Assembly: GCA_947628895.1 (NCBI GenBank) | Contig: CANRBS010000003.1 | Location: 1,325-65,324, forward strand | Direction: 5' to 3' | Origin: an uncultured Bacilli bacterium | Lineage (GTDB): Bacteria > Bacillota_I > Bacilli_A > RF39 > UBA660 | Length of the DNA: 64,000 nucleotides | Position numbers and translations under genes: made by a program | Shown here: positions 36,429 to 46,698 of the stretch, piece by piece | Position numbering within the stretch: position 1 is the first letter of the stretch | Layout of the letters: each line of letters opens with the position of its first letter | The notes under the pieces: generated by a model | What the model saw: the letters and a program-made list of their open reading frames with translations, nothing else | What the model was told of the DNA's origin: nothing | Databases searched by the model: none

Positions 36429-37577
36429 TTACATTTTACTTAATTTCTTTACAAAGTTATTTTCTGTAGTATACTCTTCATAACATTCTTTTATATAATG
36501 TTTAATATATTCCATTTTATTTTCTATATCTTTTACTAATGCTATTTGATTTCTTGCTCTATCTAAATTATGTTTTTCATAATTTATTTTAAAGTATGTA
36601 TCTCCATTAATATAATCATTTAAAAATCTAATTGCTAATTCTAATGTAATTATTCTAATTGATTCTGCCATTAGAGAAAGTTCTTCATAAGTAATATAAT
36701 TTGCCATTTCACTTAAATAACCCCTAGTATAAGACTTAAATAATTCTAAGTTTAAATATACTTTACTTAAATCAGTTTCATCTTCTTTAGCATTAGCCGC
36801 AGTACTTCTTACTCCATCTCCATAATCAAATAACATACTTCCCGGCATTACTGTATCTAGGTCTATTACTGCAAGATAATCATTTGTATCTTTATTCATC
36901 ATAACATTATTAACTTTAGTATCATTATGTGTAACTCTAAGAGGAATTGAATCACTTCCTAATTCTTCAGTTATTAAAGAGCATATTTCCTCTCTCATTA
37001 ATATAAATACTATTTCAGGTGCTACTTCTATTGCTCTTCCTTCTGAATCTATCTTAATATCATCCATTAATTGTTTATATCTTTTATCTGTAATATGAAA
37101 GTCTTTAATGGTTTCAGTTAATCTTTTAATAGGATAATTTCTAAGTAATCTTTGAAAATTGCCAAAAGCTTTTCCTGTATTATATACAATATTTGGATCA
37201 GTTGATGTATCATATGCAATTGCATTATCAATATATTCATAAATTCTATAATATTGTCTTTCACCTGGATGTGGTTCTATATAACAAAGTGATTTATTAT
37301 TTTTAGTTTTAATAACTTTTAAAACTTTATGAGTATAGTCTCCTTCTTTTTGCATTTGCATTTCTAAATAATCTGTAATATTTTCAATATTTTTCATTAG
37401 TTTATATGGTTCTGAAAAAACATTTGTATTAATTTTTTGAACTAAATATTTTTTAAATGAACCATCTTCTAATTCCATAGTTACTGCATATGTACTATTA
37501 ATATTACCTGAAGTGTTTTCTTCAATTTTAATAATCTTTCCTTCTATATTAAAGTTATTAATTATTTCTTCAATCAT
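36429..37577 (-). CDS. Phosphotransferase of the APH/choline-kinase fold, N-acetylhexosamine 1-kinase (NahK)-like
   Basis: 382 aa. ...RVTHNDTKVNNVMMNKDTNDYLAVIDLDTVMPGSMLFDYGD... is the Brenner/catalytic-loop plus DxD region of this kinase fold. The HNDTK.NN / IDLDTV form is what I associate with NahK-type sugar kinases. Confidence 0.6.
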   Translation of the reverse strand: MIEEIINNFNIEGKIIKIEENTSGNINSTYAVTMELEDGSFKKYLVQKINTNVFSEPYKLMKNIENITDYLEMQMQKEGDYTHKVLKVIKTKNNKSLCYIEPHPGERQYYRIYEYIDNAIAYDTSTDPNIVYNTGKAFGNFQRLLRNYPIKRLTETIKDFHITDKRYKQLMDDIKIDSEGRAIEVAPEIVFILMREEICSLITEELGSDSIPLRVTHNDTKVNNVMMNKDTNDYLAVIDLDTVMPGSMLFDYGDGVRSTAANAKEDETDLSKVYLNLELFKSYTRGYLSEMANYITYEELSLMAESIRIITLELAIRFLNDYINGDTYFKINYEKHNLDRARNQIALVKDIENKMEYIKHYIKECYEEYTTENNFVKKLSKM

Positions 37578-37622
37578 ATTATCTCCTTTAAATTACAAGT
37601 ATTTATTATACTTATAAAAAAG

Positions 37623-39242
37623 TTAATTATCAACAAAATATACACTAATTTTGTAAAAAACATTATATCTTTTAGTACTTTTAGTATCATACCCTCTTTT
37701 AAATTTATATTCTTTGTTTAGATATATTTCATTTTTATAATTTAAATATATATCTAAATTAATTATATTATCTATTTTATATACTTCAATATATTTTAAT
37801 ATTAAATTTATTATTTTTTCTTTGTTTATATTATTTATTTTATTATTTAATTTTTGTTTATAATTTATTTTATTCTTAGAATTTAAATGATTTAATTTAT
37901 TTTTTAATTCTAATATTTCATTATTTAATTCACTATTTTTATTTTTAAATTCTTTATTAGATAAACTATTTTCTAAATTAAGTTCTAATATTTTTTCTTT
38001 CTTTAAATTTAAATATTTAATTTTATTTTCTAGTTTTTCTTTTTTATTAGTATCATCATTTTCATAATAATTATAATTCTTTAATAGTATTTCTTCTATT
38101 TCTTTAAAATCAATATTTAAATTATCTATCAAATCATACATTATTTTATTTAATTCACTTTCTCTAATATTTGGACTATCACAATACTTTTTACCTTTTT
38201 TTAAATATCCACTGCATACCCAAGTTACATCTTTATTATTTTTTCTAAATATTCTTCTATAAAATAATGATTTATCATTTTTACAATATATTTTATTTGA
38301 ATATAAATATAGTTTTTTATTAATTTTCTTTTTTCTTTTATTAAGTAATATATTTGCTCTTTGCCATAATTCTTCACTAATTATTGGTGGAACTTTAATA
38401 TTATCTTTATATATAATCCATTTATTTTTATTTAAATAATCTACTCTTTTAGTCATATAATCAACAACATGAGTTTTATTAGCACAATAATATCCTTTAT
38501 ATTTTGGATTTTCTATCATTCTTGATATAGTAGATACACTCCATTTATTATTAAAACTTGTTTTTATATTTAATTCATTTAATTTTTTTACTATTTTAGT
38601 AAGTGATAAATTATCTATTGTATACATTTCATATATTTTTCTTACTATACTAGCTTCTTTTTCTACTATTTTAAGTGTATTATTTATTTTATCTTTTTTA
38701 TATCCATACATCATATCATTACCAAGAATTTCTCCATTTTTAATTGCTCTTTTCATACCAAACTTTACTCTTTCAGATAGTCTTCTTACTTCATCTTGTG
38801 CCATTGATGCCATAATTGTAAGTCTTAATTCTGAATCACTAAGTGCTGTATTTATATTATCATTTACAAATAGTACAGCTACTCCATATGAAAGTAATTC
38901 TCTTGTATATTTTATACTATCTAAAGTATTTCTTGAAAATCTTGATATTTCTTTTGTAATAATTAAATCAAATTTATTACGGCTTGCATCCTCTATCATT
39001 TTCATAAAATTATCTCTTTTAATATCACTAGTTCCACTTATACCATCATCTATATATCCTTTTACATAAGTCCAATTAGGATTAGATTTTATATATTCAT
39101 AAAAGTGTTCTTTTTGATTATTTAATGATTTCTTTTGTTCTAATGAATCAGTTGATACTCTTACATAATCTGTTACTCTAAGTTTAATGTTTGATAGTGG
39201 CACTCCCATATTTAATTCATTTCTTATTTTATATAAATCCAA
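37623..39242 (-). CDS. Large serine recombinase (resolvase/invertase N-domain + recombinase domain + Zn-ribbon/coiled-coil)
   Basis: 539 aa. TTG start 6 nt after GAGGTGA. ...VTDYVRVSTDSLEQKKSLNNQ... (catalytic Ser region), ...ITKEISRFSRN..., ...RLSERVKFGMK.... Later Cys cluster ...YCKND...WVCSGYLKKGKKYCDS..., then a long K/N-rich coiled-coil. Confidence 0.85.
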   Translation of the reverse strand: MDLYKIRNELNMGVPLSNIKLRVTDYVRVSTDSLEQKKSLNNQKEHFYEYIKSNPNWTYVKGYIDDGISGTSDIKRDNFMKMIEDASRNKFDLIITKEISRFSRNTLDSIKYTRELLSYGVAVLFVNDNINTALSDSELRLTIMASMAQDEVRRLSERVKFGMKRAIKNGEILGNDMMYGYKKDKINNTLKIVEKEASIVRKIYEMYTIDNLSLTKIVKKLNELNIKTSFNNKWSVSTISRMIENPKYKGYYCANKTHVVDYMTKRVDYLNKNKWIIYKDNIKVPPIISEELWQRANILLNKRKKKINKKLYLYSNKIYCKNDKSLFYRRIFRKNNKDVTWVCSGYLKKGKKYCDSPNIRESELNKIMYDLIDNLNIDFKEIEEILLKNYNYYENDDTNKKEKLENKIKYLNLKKEKILELNLENSLSNKEFKNKNSELNNEILELKNKLNHLNSKNKINYKQKLNNKINNINKEKIINLILKYIEVYKIDNIINLDIYLNYKNEIYLNKEYKFKRGYDTKSTKRYNVFYKISVYFVDN

Positions 39243-39460
39243 AAGATCACCTCAAATTATTTAATTTTTTTAAAATATTATCTTCAGTATATTTATATGT
39301 TTTATAAGAAATATAATTATCTTCTAACATTTCTTTATTTATAATTAGTGATAATTCATAAATAACTTTTTTATTTTTACTTTTCATATTAAAAAATATG
39401 TATATTTAAGAGTAAATTATTACAATTATTTACTGACTTTCTTATATAACATTAAGAGAA

Positions 39461-39868
39461 CCTAATGCTACAGCTTTAGAAAATGAAGGATATGGTTGTG
39501 TTCTATCTTCCCTTGGTAAACTAACAGGTACTGTTCCATATACAGCATTTTATGCAAGAGAAGAATATATAAAAGAAAATAAAGATTTAATACAAAGATT
39601 TAATAATGCTCTAAATAAGGGATTAAAATTTGTAAAAGAAAATGATAGTAAAACTATTGCTAATGCAATTATTAATCAATTTCCAGATACTTCATTAGAA
39701 GATTTAATAAAAATAGTTGATAGATATAAAACTGCAGACTCATGGTATGATAGTACTTATGTAAATACTAAAGACTATAATAGACTTGTTGATATTATGA
39801 TTTATGGTAAAACAATAGATAAAAGAATCAATGTAGAAGATCTTATTACTAATGAATTTAACAAATAA
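39461..39868 (+). pseudogene. 3' fragment of the interrupted NMT1/ThiY-like SBP gene
   Basis: In-frame translation is PNATALENEGYGCVLSSLGKLTGTVPYTAFYAREEYIKENKDLIQRFNNALNKGLKFVKEND...ITNEFNK*. It ends at TAA 39866-39868, overlapping the ATPase start (39852) as in an intact operon. Confidence 0.75.
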
Positions 39869-40601
39869 AATTTTATCAGTAAATAATGTATCTAAATCAT
39901 ATTATTCACTTAATGGAGAAACTAATGCTTTAGATAATATATCATTTGATTTATATGAAGGTGAATTTTTAGGAATAATAGGTCCATCTGGATGTGGCAA
40001 AAGTTCTATATTAAATATAATTTCAGGGTTAGATAAAGAATATAAAGGTAAAATATATATTAAAGATGGTATTAAAATTGGATATATGTTTCAAGAAGAT
40101 GCATTATTTCCATGGCTTACTATATTAGATAATGCTTTGTTAGGACTTAAAATATCTAAAAAATTAAATCAAGAAAATAAAAATTATGTTTTAAATTTAC
40201 TTAAAAAATATGGCTTATATGATTTTAGAAATAAATATCCAAATGAACTTTCTGGTGGTATGAAACAAAGATTAGCTCTTATTCGTACTCTTGCTACTAA
40301 ACCTGATATATTATTGCTTGATGAACCTTATTCTGCTCTTGATTATCAAACAAGATTAAGTGTTGGTAATGATGTTTATAATATAATTAAAGAAGAAAAG
40401 AAAACAGTTATTATTGTAACTCATGATTTATCAGAGGCTATCGCAAGTTGTGATAGAATAATTGTTTTTAGTAAAAGACCATCTACTATTAAAAATATTC
40501 ATAATATTGAACTTACAAATAAAAAATCCCCAATAGAAAATAGAAAAGCAAAAGAATTTTCTATTTACTATGACATTATTTGGAAGGAAATTGATAAATA
40601 A
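39852..40601 (+). CDS. ABC transporter ATP-binding protein (nitrate/sulfonate/taurine-type, SsuB/TauB-like)
   Basis: 249 aa. Walker A GPSGCGKSS, signature LSGGMKQRLALIRTL, Walker B ILLLDEP. Confidence 0.9.
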   Translation: MNLTNKILSVNNVSKSYYSLNGETNALDNISFDLYEGEFLGIIGPSGCGKSSILNIISGLDKEYKGKIYIKDGIKIGYMFQEDALFPWLTILDNALLGLKISKKLNQENKNYVLNLLKKYGLYDFRNKYPNELSGGMKQRLALIRTLATKPDILLLDEPYSALDYQTRLSVGNDVYNIIKEEKKTVIIVTHDLSEAIASCDRIIVFSKRPSTIKNIHNIELTNKKSPIENRKAKEFSIYYDIIWKEIDK

Positions 40602-41374
40602 TGTCAAAAGAATATAAAAACTATATTAAAAAATTAAAAATTAATAAATTTAAAGTAATATTATGCCAAATATTAATAGCAGTTTTATTTATAGTTATAT
40701 GGCAAGTACTTGCAGATAAAAACTTAATTAATACATTTATTACAAGCTCACCTAAAAATATAATAAATACATTAATTAGTTTATATAATCAAAATAATTT
40801 ATTTTTACATATATGGGTTAGTGTTAAAGAAACAATTATTGCATTTTTAATAACTAGTATTGTATCTATTTTAATAGCAATAATATTATATAATTTTGAT
40901 TTTTTATCAAAAGTTTTAGACCCATATTTAACTATATTGAATTCATTACCTAAAGTAGCTCTTGGCCCAATTATTATAATATGGATTGGTGCTAATACTA
41001 AAAGTATTATTACTATATCAGTATTAATTTCTATTATTGTTAGTATCCAAACTATTTATAATGGCTTTAAAAATACCGATAAATTAAAAATAAAGTTATT
41101 AAATACATTTAATGCTAGTAAAAAAGATATACTTTTAAATGTTGTAATTCCATCTAATAAAGATATAATATTAAATACATTTAAAATAAATATTTCTATG
41201 TGTTTAATTGGGGTTATTACTGGAGAATTTTTAACTTCAAAAGCAGGAATTGGATATTTAATATTATATGGTTCTCAAGTATTTAATTTAAATCTAGTAA
41301 TGAGTGGAATATTCTTACTTACAATTATTTCATTTGTTATGTATAAGATAGTATTGTTAATATCAAAAAAGTAA
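40601..41374 (+). CDS. ABC transporter permease (SsuC/TauC-like, BPD-type)
   Basis: 257 aa, about 6 TM helices. Start overlaps the ATPase stop. ...LNSLPKVALGPIIIIWIG... region. Confidence 0.8.
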   Translation: MSKEYKNYIKKLKINKFKVILCQILIAVLFIVIWQVLADKNLINTFITSSPKNIINTLISLYNQNNLFLHIWVSVKETIIAFLITSIVSILIAIILYNFDFLSKVLDPYLTILNSLPKVALGPIIIIWIGANTKSIITISVLISIIVSIQTIYNGFKNTDKLKIKLLNTFNASKKDILLNVVIPSNKDIILNTFKINISMCLIGVITGEFLTSKAGIGYLILYGSQVFNLNLVMSGIFLLTIISFVMYKIVLLISKK

Positions 41375-41405
41375 AGAAAATTTACATTTATTCTTTACTT
41401 TTTTA
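41370..41405 (+). terminator. Rho-independent terminator of the ABC operon
   Basis: AGTAAAGAA (41370-41378) pairs with TTCTTTACT (41391-41399), followed by TTTTT. Confidence 0.6.
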
Positions 41406-41432
41406 TATTTCTTTATAGAAATATGTTTTTTA

Positions 41433-41461
41433 TTGAAATTTAACCATTTTTATGGTATAAT
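41433..41461 (+). promoter_or_regulatory. Near-consensus sigma-A promoter of the 328/607-aa operon
   Basis: TTGAAA (41433-41438), a 17-nt spacer, then TGgTATAAT (-10 at 41456-41461). Confidence 0.55.
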
Positions 41462-41498
41462 ATAGTAACTTTTTAAGAGGGGAAAAAGGTGAATTAAA

Positions 41499-42485
41499 AT
41501 GACTATAGAAGAACTAAGTAAAATTGCTAATGAAGAATATATTCAAAATCCAATAGAATTAGCTCAAAAATTAAATATTTTAGATGATAAAGAATATGTT
41601 GAATTTTTAAATTTAGTTTTTGAATACAACAAAAAAATTATTTCAAGATTAAAAAATGATATTAGTTTTATTAAATCTAGTAATAAAAAAACTAGAGAAT
41701 TTAATTTTAATATGTCTAATTATGAAGAATATAAAGATGAAGATAAAAGTGATAATACTGATAATGAATTAAGTAAAAAAGCAAAAGAAATAATTTTATC
41801 AATTAATAGTTGTACCAATATGGATATAACTTCTCTATTACCTTCAAAAGATAATTCTAATTATCATTCAATTATAAATGAATTATTAGTTCATTATCTT
41901 AAAGATATTGTTTTTTTAAATAATTATATGTTAAATTTTTATAATGAACTTACATCTGATGAACTTAAAGAATTAAAAATAGAATTAGAAAAAGCAAGAT
42001 ATATTTTTGAAACTATAAAAAGTAATCGTCAAGATAATGAAAATGAAGAAGATGTTATAACTAATGAACCACCTATACTTATTTATTTAGAAACACCTAA
42101 TGGAAATACATACTTTCATCAAGATATTTTAAAATTACCAACTGAGTTATATATAAACTTCTTAAAAATCTTTGAATCTTTTATTTCAGGGAAAGAAACT
42201 TTTATTAAACATATGGCTAATTATAAAAACTTATCATGTATTAAAAATAAAATGCATCAAGCAAGAATATATATTATGAATATTACTGATAATATTTATA
42301 TTGTTTTAGGTGCTTTAAATAAAAAAACAGATTGGTCAAAATCAGAATCTATATTTGTATTAAATCGTTATGCAAGAGCAAATTTATTAAAAGATTTAAT
42401 TTCATCAAAAATTAATGATCAATCTTTCTTAGATGAGCAACAAGAAAAAACTCAAAAAGCATTAAAACTTTTAAGGGGTGAATAA
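41499..42485 (+). CDS. Hypothetical protein with C-terminal RelE/Gp49 (HigB)-like toxin-fold region
   Basis: 328 aa. The C-terminal ~110 aa read ...ILIYLETPNGNTYFHQDILKLPTELYINFLKIFESFISGKETFIKHMANYKNLSCIKNKMHQARIYIMNITDNIYIVLGALNKKTDWSKSE.... This follows the strand-helix-helix-strand pattern and the ...R(I)Y......I(V)L.A..KK.D motif of Gp49/RelE-like proteins. By-eye call only. Confidence 0.45.
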   Translation: MTIEELSKIANEEYIQNPIELAQKLNILDDKEYVEFLNLVFEYNKKIISRLKNDISFIKSSNKKTREFNFNMSNYEEYKDEDKSDNTDNELSKKAKEIILSINSCTNMDITSLLPSKDNSNYHSIINELLVHYLKDIVFLNNYMLNFYNELTSDELKELKIELEKARYIFETIKSNRQDNENEEDVITNEPPILIYLETPNGNTYFHQDILKLPTELYINFLKIFESFISGKETFIKHMANYKNLSCIKNKMHQARIYIMNITDNIYIVLGALNKKTDWSKSESIFVLNRYARANLLKDLISSKINDQSFLDEQQEKTQKALKLLRGE

Positions 42486-44301
42486 TATGGATTTAATTAA
42501 ATTAATAGAAAATGAAATGATATCAATTAAAAATAAAGAAGAAATTAAATATAATGAATTTTTTATTAATACATTTAGTAAATATTCAAATAATTCACCA
42601 TCTACAATAGAAAATATTAGTAATGGAGAGTTATTTACTCTATTAATAAAAATACATTTACCTCAAATTTCTTTTAATGAAATTGATAAAATTCAAAAAT
42701 TTATTGATAAGTTTTTTATAGAAAATCCAACAACTGATTTAACTAAATTTATTTCTTATTTTAAACTAGCAATTTCAAAACAATATAATAGTGGACTTAC
42801 TAGTATAGTATTGACTATTTCTAAATATAACGAATTAGTTGACTTTTTAAATCAATACAATGAATCTAACTCTCAATTAATATTAGATTGGTTAGAATTA
42901 TTAGAATTAAAATCTTACAATAATAAAATAAATCAAAAAATAAAAGAAGAGAATATTGAAAAAGATAAAATTAATAAATATGTTAAAACTCAACTTGATA
43001 CATATAGAAAAACTAGTAATTATCAATTAGTATTATCAAAATTACAAAATCATTTACTAGAATGTCAAAAAGAATTAAAAAGAAATAAAAAATTATTATT
43101 AAATTATCAAAATATCTTAGACAAATTAAATAGAAATGAAAGATTTACTGAAATAGAAAATTATTGGAAAGTTTTCTCTTTTGAAATACAAAAAGAACTT
43201 ATTTTAAAAGTGTTTGAAGAACAAAAAAAATTATATAATGAATTATTAGAAGAAAAAAATAGTTTAAAACATTCAGATATATATGAATTATTAATGGAAT
43301 TAAATGTTCATCCAATATTTATTGATTATATTGAAAGATTAAATTTAGATAAAGAAAATTTAAGTGAAATACTTAATATAATTAAACAAAATAATTTCCC
43401 TATTTCAAAAATAACTGATAAAAAATGTTTAACAACTTTATTATCAAGTGATAAAAAAAATATTATATCTTTAATTTCTTATTTTAAAACATCTGCTATT
43501 GATATTGAGTTTTTAATAAAACACCCACAAATATTAATTGATAAAAGTGATAAAAAGCCTTATGGTTTAAGTGAAATTGCTAATAATAATTTTAAATTAT
43601 TAAAAGATAATCAAGCACAATTTAATAGTGAATATTATAATCCAAATATTCTTTTATTAGATAGTAATGAACTTTATAAAAGAATTAAACTTGCTGAAAA
43701 TTATAATTTAAATTTAAAAAATAATGAAGAAGTATTTAATTTAATAAATGAACCAAGTTTATTTGATTTATTAGATTTTGCTATTGAAAATGGTTTACCA
43801 ATAGATCAAATTATAAAAATAAAAGCAAATAATGAAGAAATTAATAATATAATTAAAAGATTATTAATTTATGAAGAATTTGGTTATGATATAATTGTTG
43901 ATTCTAAAATTAATTATAATATTATAAATGGAAATTCATTCTTTGTTCCAAATGAAATGTTAGATGAATTAATTGAAAACTCAACTCAATATGAAATAAA
44001 TAATGAAATGGAAGAAATACTTAAAAATAATGAAAGATTAGAATTATATCAAGTAGATGATAATGTTAAATTGTTAGATGAATTATTTTTAGATGAAGAA
44101 ATAGGAAATTATAACTTTTATGGTGTAATTATTTCTAGAAATAAAGTATTAAGAAATTTATATGTTCTAAAAAAATACTTTAATGATTATGATGAAAACT
44201 ATTTAATTTATCAATCAATAATATTTAATGAAATTTTAAAAACAGAAGAATTAGATTTAATTAAGAATTGTTATAAACAATATACTAAAAAATTAATATA
44301 A
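42478..44301 (+). CDS. Hypothetical helical protein, unknown function
   Basis: 607 aa. 8-nt overlap with the upstream gene. No TM, signal or catalytic motif recognised. Confidence 0.6.
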   Translation: MNNMDLIKLIENEMISIKNKEEIKYNEFFINTFSKYSNNSPSTIENISNGELFTLLIKIHLPQISFNEIDKIQKFIDKFFIENPTTDLTKFISYFKLAISKQYNSGLTSIVLTISKYNELVDFLNQYNESNSQLILDWLELLELKSYNNKINQKIKEENIEKDKINKYVKTQLDTYRKTSNYQLVLSKLQNHLLECQKELKRNKKLLLNYQNILDKLNRNERFTEIENYWKVFSFEIQKELILKVFEEQKKLYNELLEEKNSLKHSDIYELLMELNVHPIFIDYIERLNLDKENLSEILNIIKQNNFPISKITDKKCLTTLLSSDKKNIISLISYFKTSAIDIEFLIKHPQILIDKSDKKPYGLSEIANNNFKLLKDNQAQFNSEYYNPNILLLDSNELYKRIKLAENYNLNLKNNEEVFNLINEPSLFDLLDFAIENGLPIDQIIKIKANNEEINNIIKRLLIYEEFGYDIIVDSKINYNIINGNSFFVPNEMLDELIENSTQYEINNEMEEILKNNERLELYQVDDNVKLLDELFLDEEIGNYNFYGVIISRNKVLRNLYVLKKYFNDYDENYLIYQSIIFNEILKTEELDLIKNCYKQYTKKLI

Positions 44302-44371
44302 TTCTTCTTTTTTATAGTTTTTTACTCACACTATAAATTAAATATTAAATATATTATAGTGGGAGGTAAAA

Positions 44372-44986
<615 letters not shown>

Positions 44987-44989
44987 AAA

Positions 44990-46063
44990 ATGAATAAATA
45001 TAAAATTTGTGTTTATGCTATAAGTAAAAATGAAGAGAAATTTGTTCGTCGTTGGTATAATTCAATTAAAGATGCAACATATATTTGTGTATTAGATACA
45101 GGTTCTACTGATAATACTGTTAAAGAACTAAAAAGTCTTGGTGTAAAAGTTAAAGTTAAAAAAATTAAACCTTGGAGATTTGATACAGCTAGAAATGAAT
45201 CATTAAAATTAATACCTAAAGATACTGATATTTGTATTTGTTTAGATTTAGATGAAATAATGACAGATGGCTGGGTAGAAAAATTAAATCAAATATGGGA
45301 TGAAAATACTACTAGATTACATTATAAATATAATTGGAAACTTGATGAAAATAATAATCCATTAATAAGTTTTTATGCAGACAAAATACATAAAAATAAT
45401 GTTTATAAGTGGACTCATCCAGTACATGAAGTATTAAATTATGTAGGTGATGATAAAGAAATATATAAAACTTGTAATGATTTAATAATTAATCACTATC
45501 CTGATAATGAAAAATCTAGAAGTTCTTATTTACCACTTCTAGAATTATCTGTTAAAGAAAATCCTTTAGATGATAGGAATATGCATTATCTTGGAAGAGA
45601 ATATATGTATTATCACAAATGGAATGAATGTATTGATACATTAATTAAACATTTAAATTTAAAGACAGCAACTTGGAAAGATGAAAGATGTGCATCAATG
45701 AGATTTATATCTCGTAGCTACATTAATTTAAAAAGGTATGATGAAGCAAGAATGTGGCTTGATAAAGCAATAAATGAAGCCCCATATTTAAGAGATCCTT
45801 ATGTTGAGCGAATGTTACTTGAATATAATTTAAAAAATTATAATGAAGCAATTAAGTATGGACTTGAAGCTTTAAAAATAAAAAGTCATGCTCTTTCATA
45901 TATAAATGAATTATTTTCATGGAATGAAACAATTTACGATGTTCTTAGTATATGTTATTATTATATTGGAAATAAAGAAGAAGGTAAAAAATATTTAGAT
46001 ATAGCAATAGAAATGAATCCTAATGATAAAAGACTTATAGATAATAAAAAGTTTTTTGAATAA
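44990..46063 (+). CDS. Family 2 glycosyltransferase fused to TPR repeats
   Basis: 357 aa. ...YAISKNEEKFVRRWYNSIKDATYICVLDTGSTDNTV...CLDLDE... (GT2 DxD region). The C-terminal half has TPR-like helices (...HYLGREYMYYHKWNECIDTLIKHL...). The start lies 3 nt after the collagen-like gene. Confidence 0.75.
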   Translation: MNKYKICVYAISKNEEKFVRRWYNSIKDATYICVLDTGSTDNTVKELKSLGVKVKVKKIKPWRFDTARNESLKLIPKDTDICICLDLDEIMTDGWVEKLNQIWDENTTRLHYKYNWKLDENNNPLISFYADKIHKNNVYKWTHPVHEVLNYVGDDKEIYKTCNDLIINHYPDNEKSRSSYLPLLELSVKENPLDDRNMHYLGREYMYYHKWNECIDTLIKHLNLKTATWKDERCASMRFISRSYINLKRYDEARMWLDKAINEAPYLRDPYVERMLLEYNLKNYNEAIKYGLEALKIKSHALSYINELFSWNETIYDVLSICYYYIGNKEEGKKYLDIAIEMNPNDKRLIDNKKFFE

Positions 46064-46085
46064 TTTTTTCAAAAAACTTTTTTTC
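46046..46085. terminator. Bidirectional terminator between convergent GT2 and sipW genes
   Basis: AAAAAGTTTTTTGAA (46046-46060) pairs with TTCAAAAAACTTTTT (46068-46082), a 15-bp perfect stem. Confidence 0.6.
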
Positions 46086-46694
46086 TTATAAACTATTTGA
46101 TCCAAAATGCATTAATTTATTTCTTAAAATTATTAATTTAACTAGTTTTACTATATCATAAATTAATATAACACTTGCAGGTATCAATATTGCAAATAAC
46201 CATCCTTTTTTAGATGCTAAAAAGAATTGAACTTTTCCTAATTGTGGAATTTTAAACATTACTTTTCCTATTACATTATTAGGATATACTTTTTCTTCAT
46301 CTGCAACTTCATTAGCATCCCCTTTTACTCTATACATAACACCTACATCTGGTACATTTAATATTTCTACAATTCTATGTGTTATAGGAGTACCACCAAA
46401 ATATGAATTAGTTGAATAAAATGTTATTACATCATTTACTTTTAACTTACTTGTATCTATTTTTTTTATAAAAACAACATCATAAACATTAATATTTGGT
46501 GTCATACTTGGACTTATAATTGTATATAAACCAAAAGGAGGATTTTCACCTTTCTTTTCAGCAATTTTACCTGCTGTTACATATAATATACAAAATGAAG
46601 CAACTAACATTAATAAAACAATGAATGTATAACTTATTACTCTATATACCATTCTAAAAATTCTTTTTCTTTTTATTACCTTGTCTTCTTCCAT
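46086..46694 (-). CDS. sipW: Signal peptidase I, SipW (archaeal/ER) type
   Basis: 202 aa. ...YTIISPSMTPNINVYDVVFIKK... (catalytic Ser), ...TPITHRIVEI... (His), ...VKGDANEVADEE..., and a C-terminal TM as in SipW. Confidence 0.8.
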   Translation of the reverse strand: MEEDKVIKRKRIFRMVYRVISYTFIVLLMLVASFCILYVTAGKIAEKKGENPPFGLYTIISPSMTPNINVYDVVFIKKIDTSKLKVNDVITFYSTNSYFGGTPITHRIVEILNVPDVGVMYRVKGDANEVADEEKVYPNNVIGKVMFKIPQLGKVQFFLASKKGWLFAILIPASVILIYDIVKLVKLIILRNKLMHFGSNSL

Positions 46695-46698
46695 ATTT

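Larger units (their letters stand above)
36349..39459. mobile_element. ~3.1-kb integrated element: large serine recombinase + APH/NahK-like kinase, inserted in the SBP gene
   Basis: The SBP reading frame resumes in phase at 39461 (CCT AAT GCT = PNA...). Joining 35765-36349 to 39461-39868 gives a continuous 330-aa SBP (...GDFVNLFE|PNATALENEGYG...). Both junctions carry GA (36347-36348 and 39458-39459), a possible crossover dinucleotide. Boundaries are inferred to within a few nt. Confidence 0.7.

Noticed and set aside
39247-39387. 46-codon ORF upstream of the serine recombinase (possible directionality factor)
   Set aside because: It has no SD and no recognisable motif. It is mentioned in the element finding but not called as a feature.
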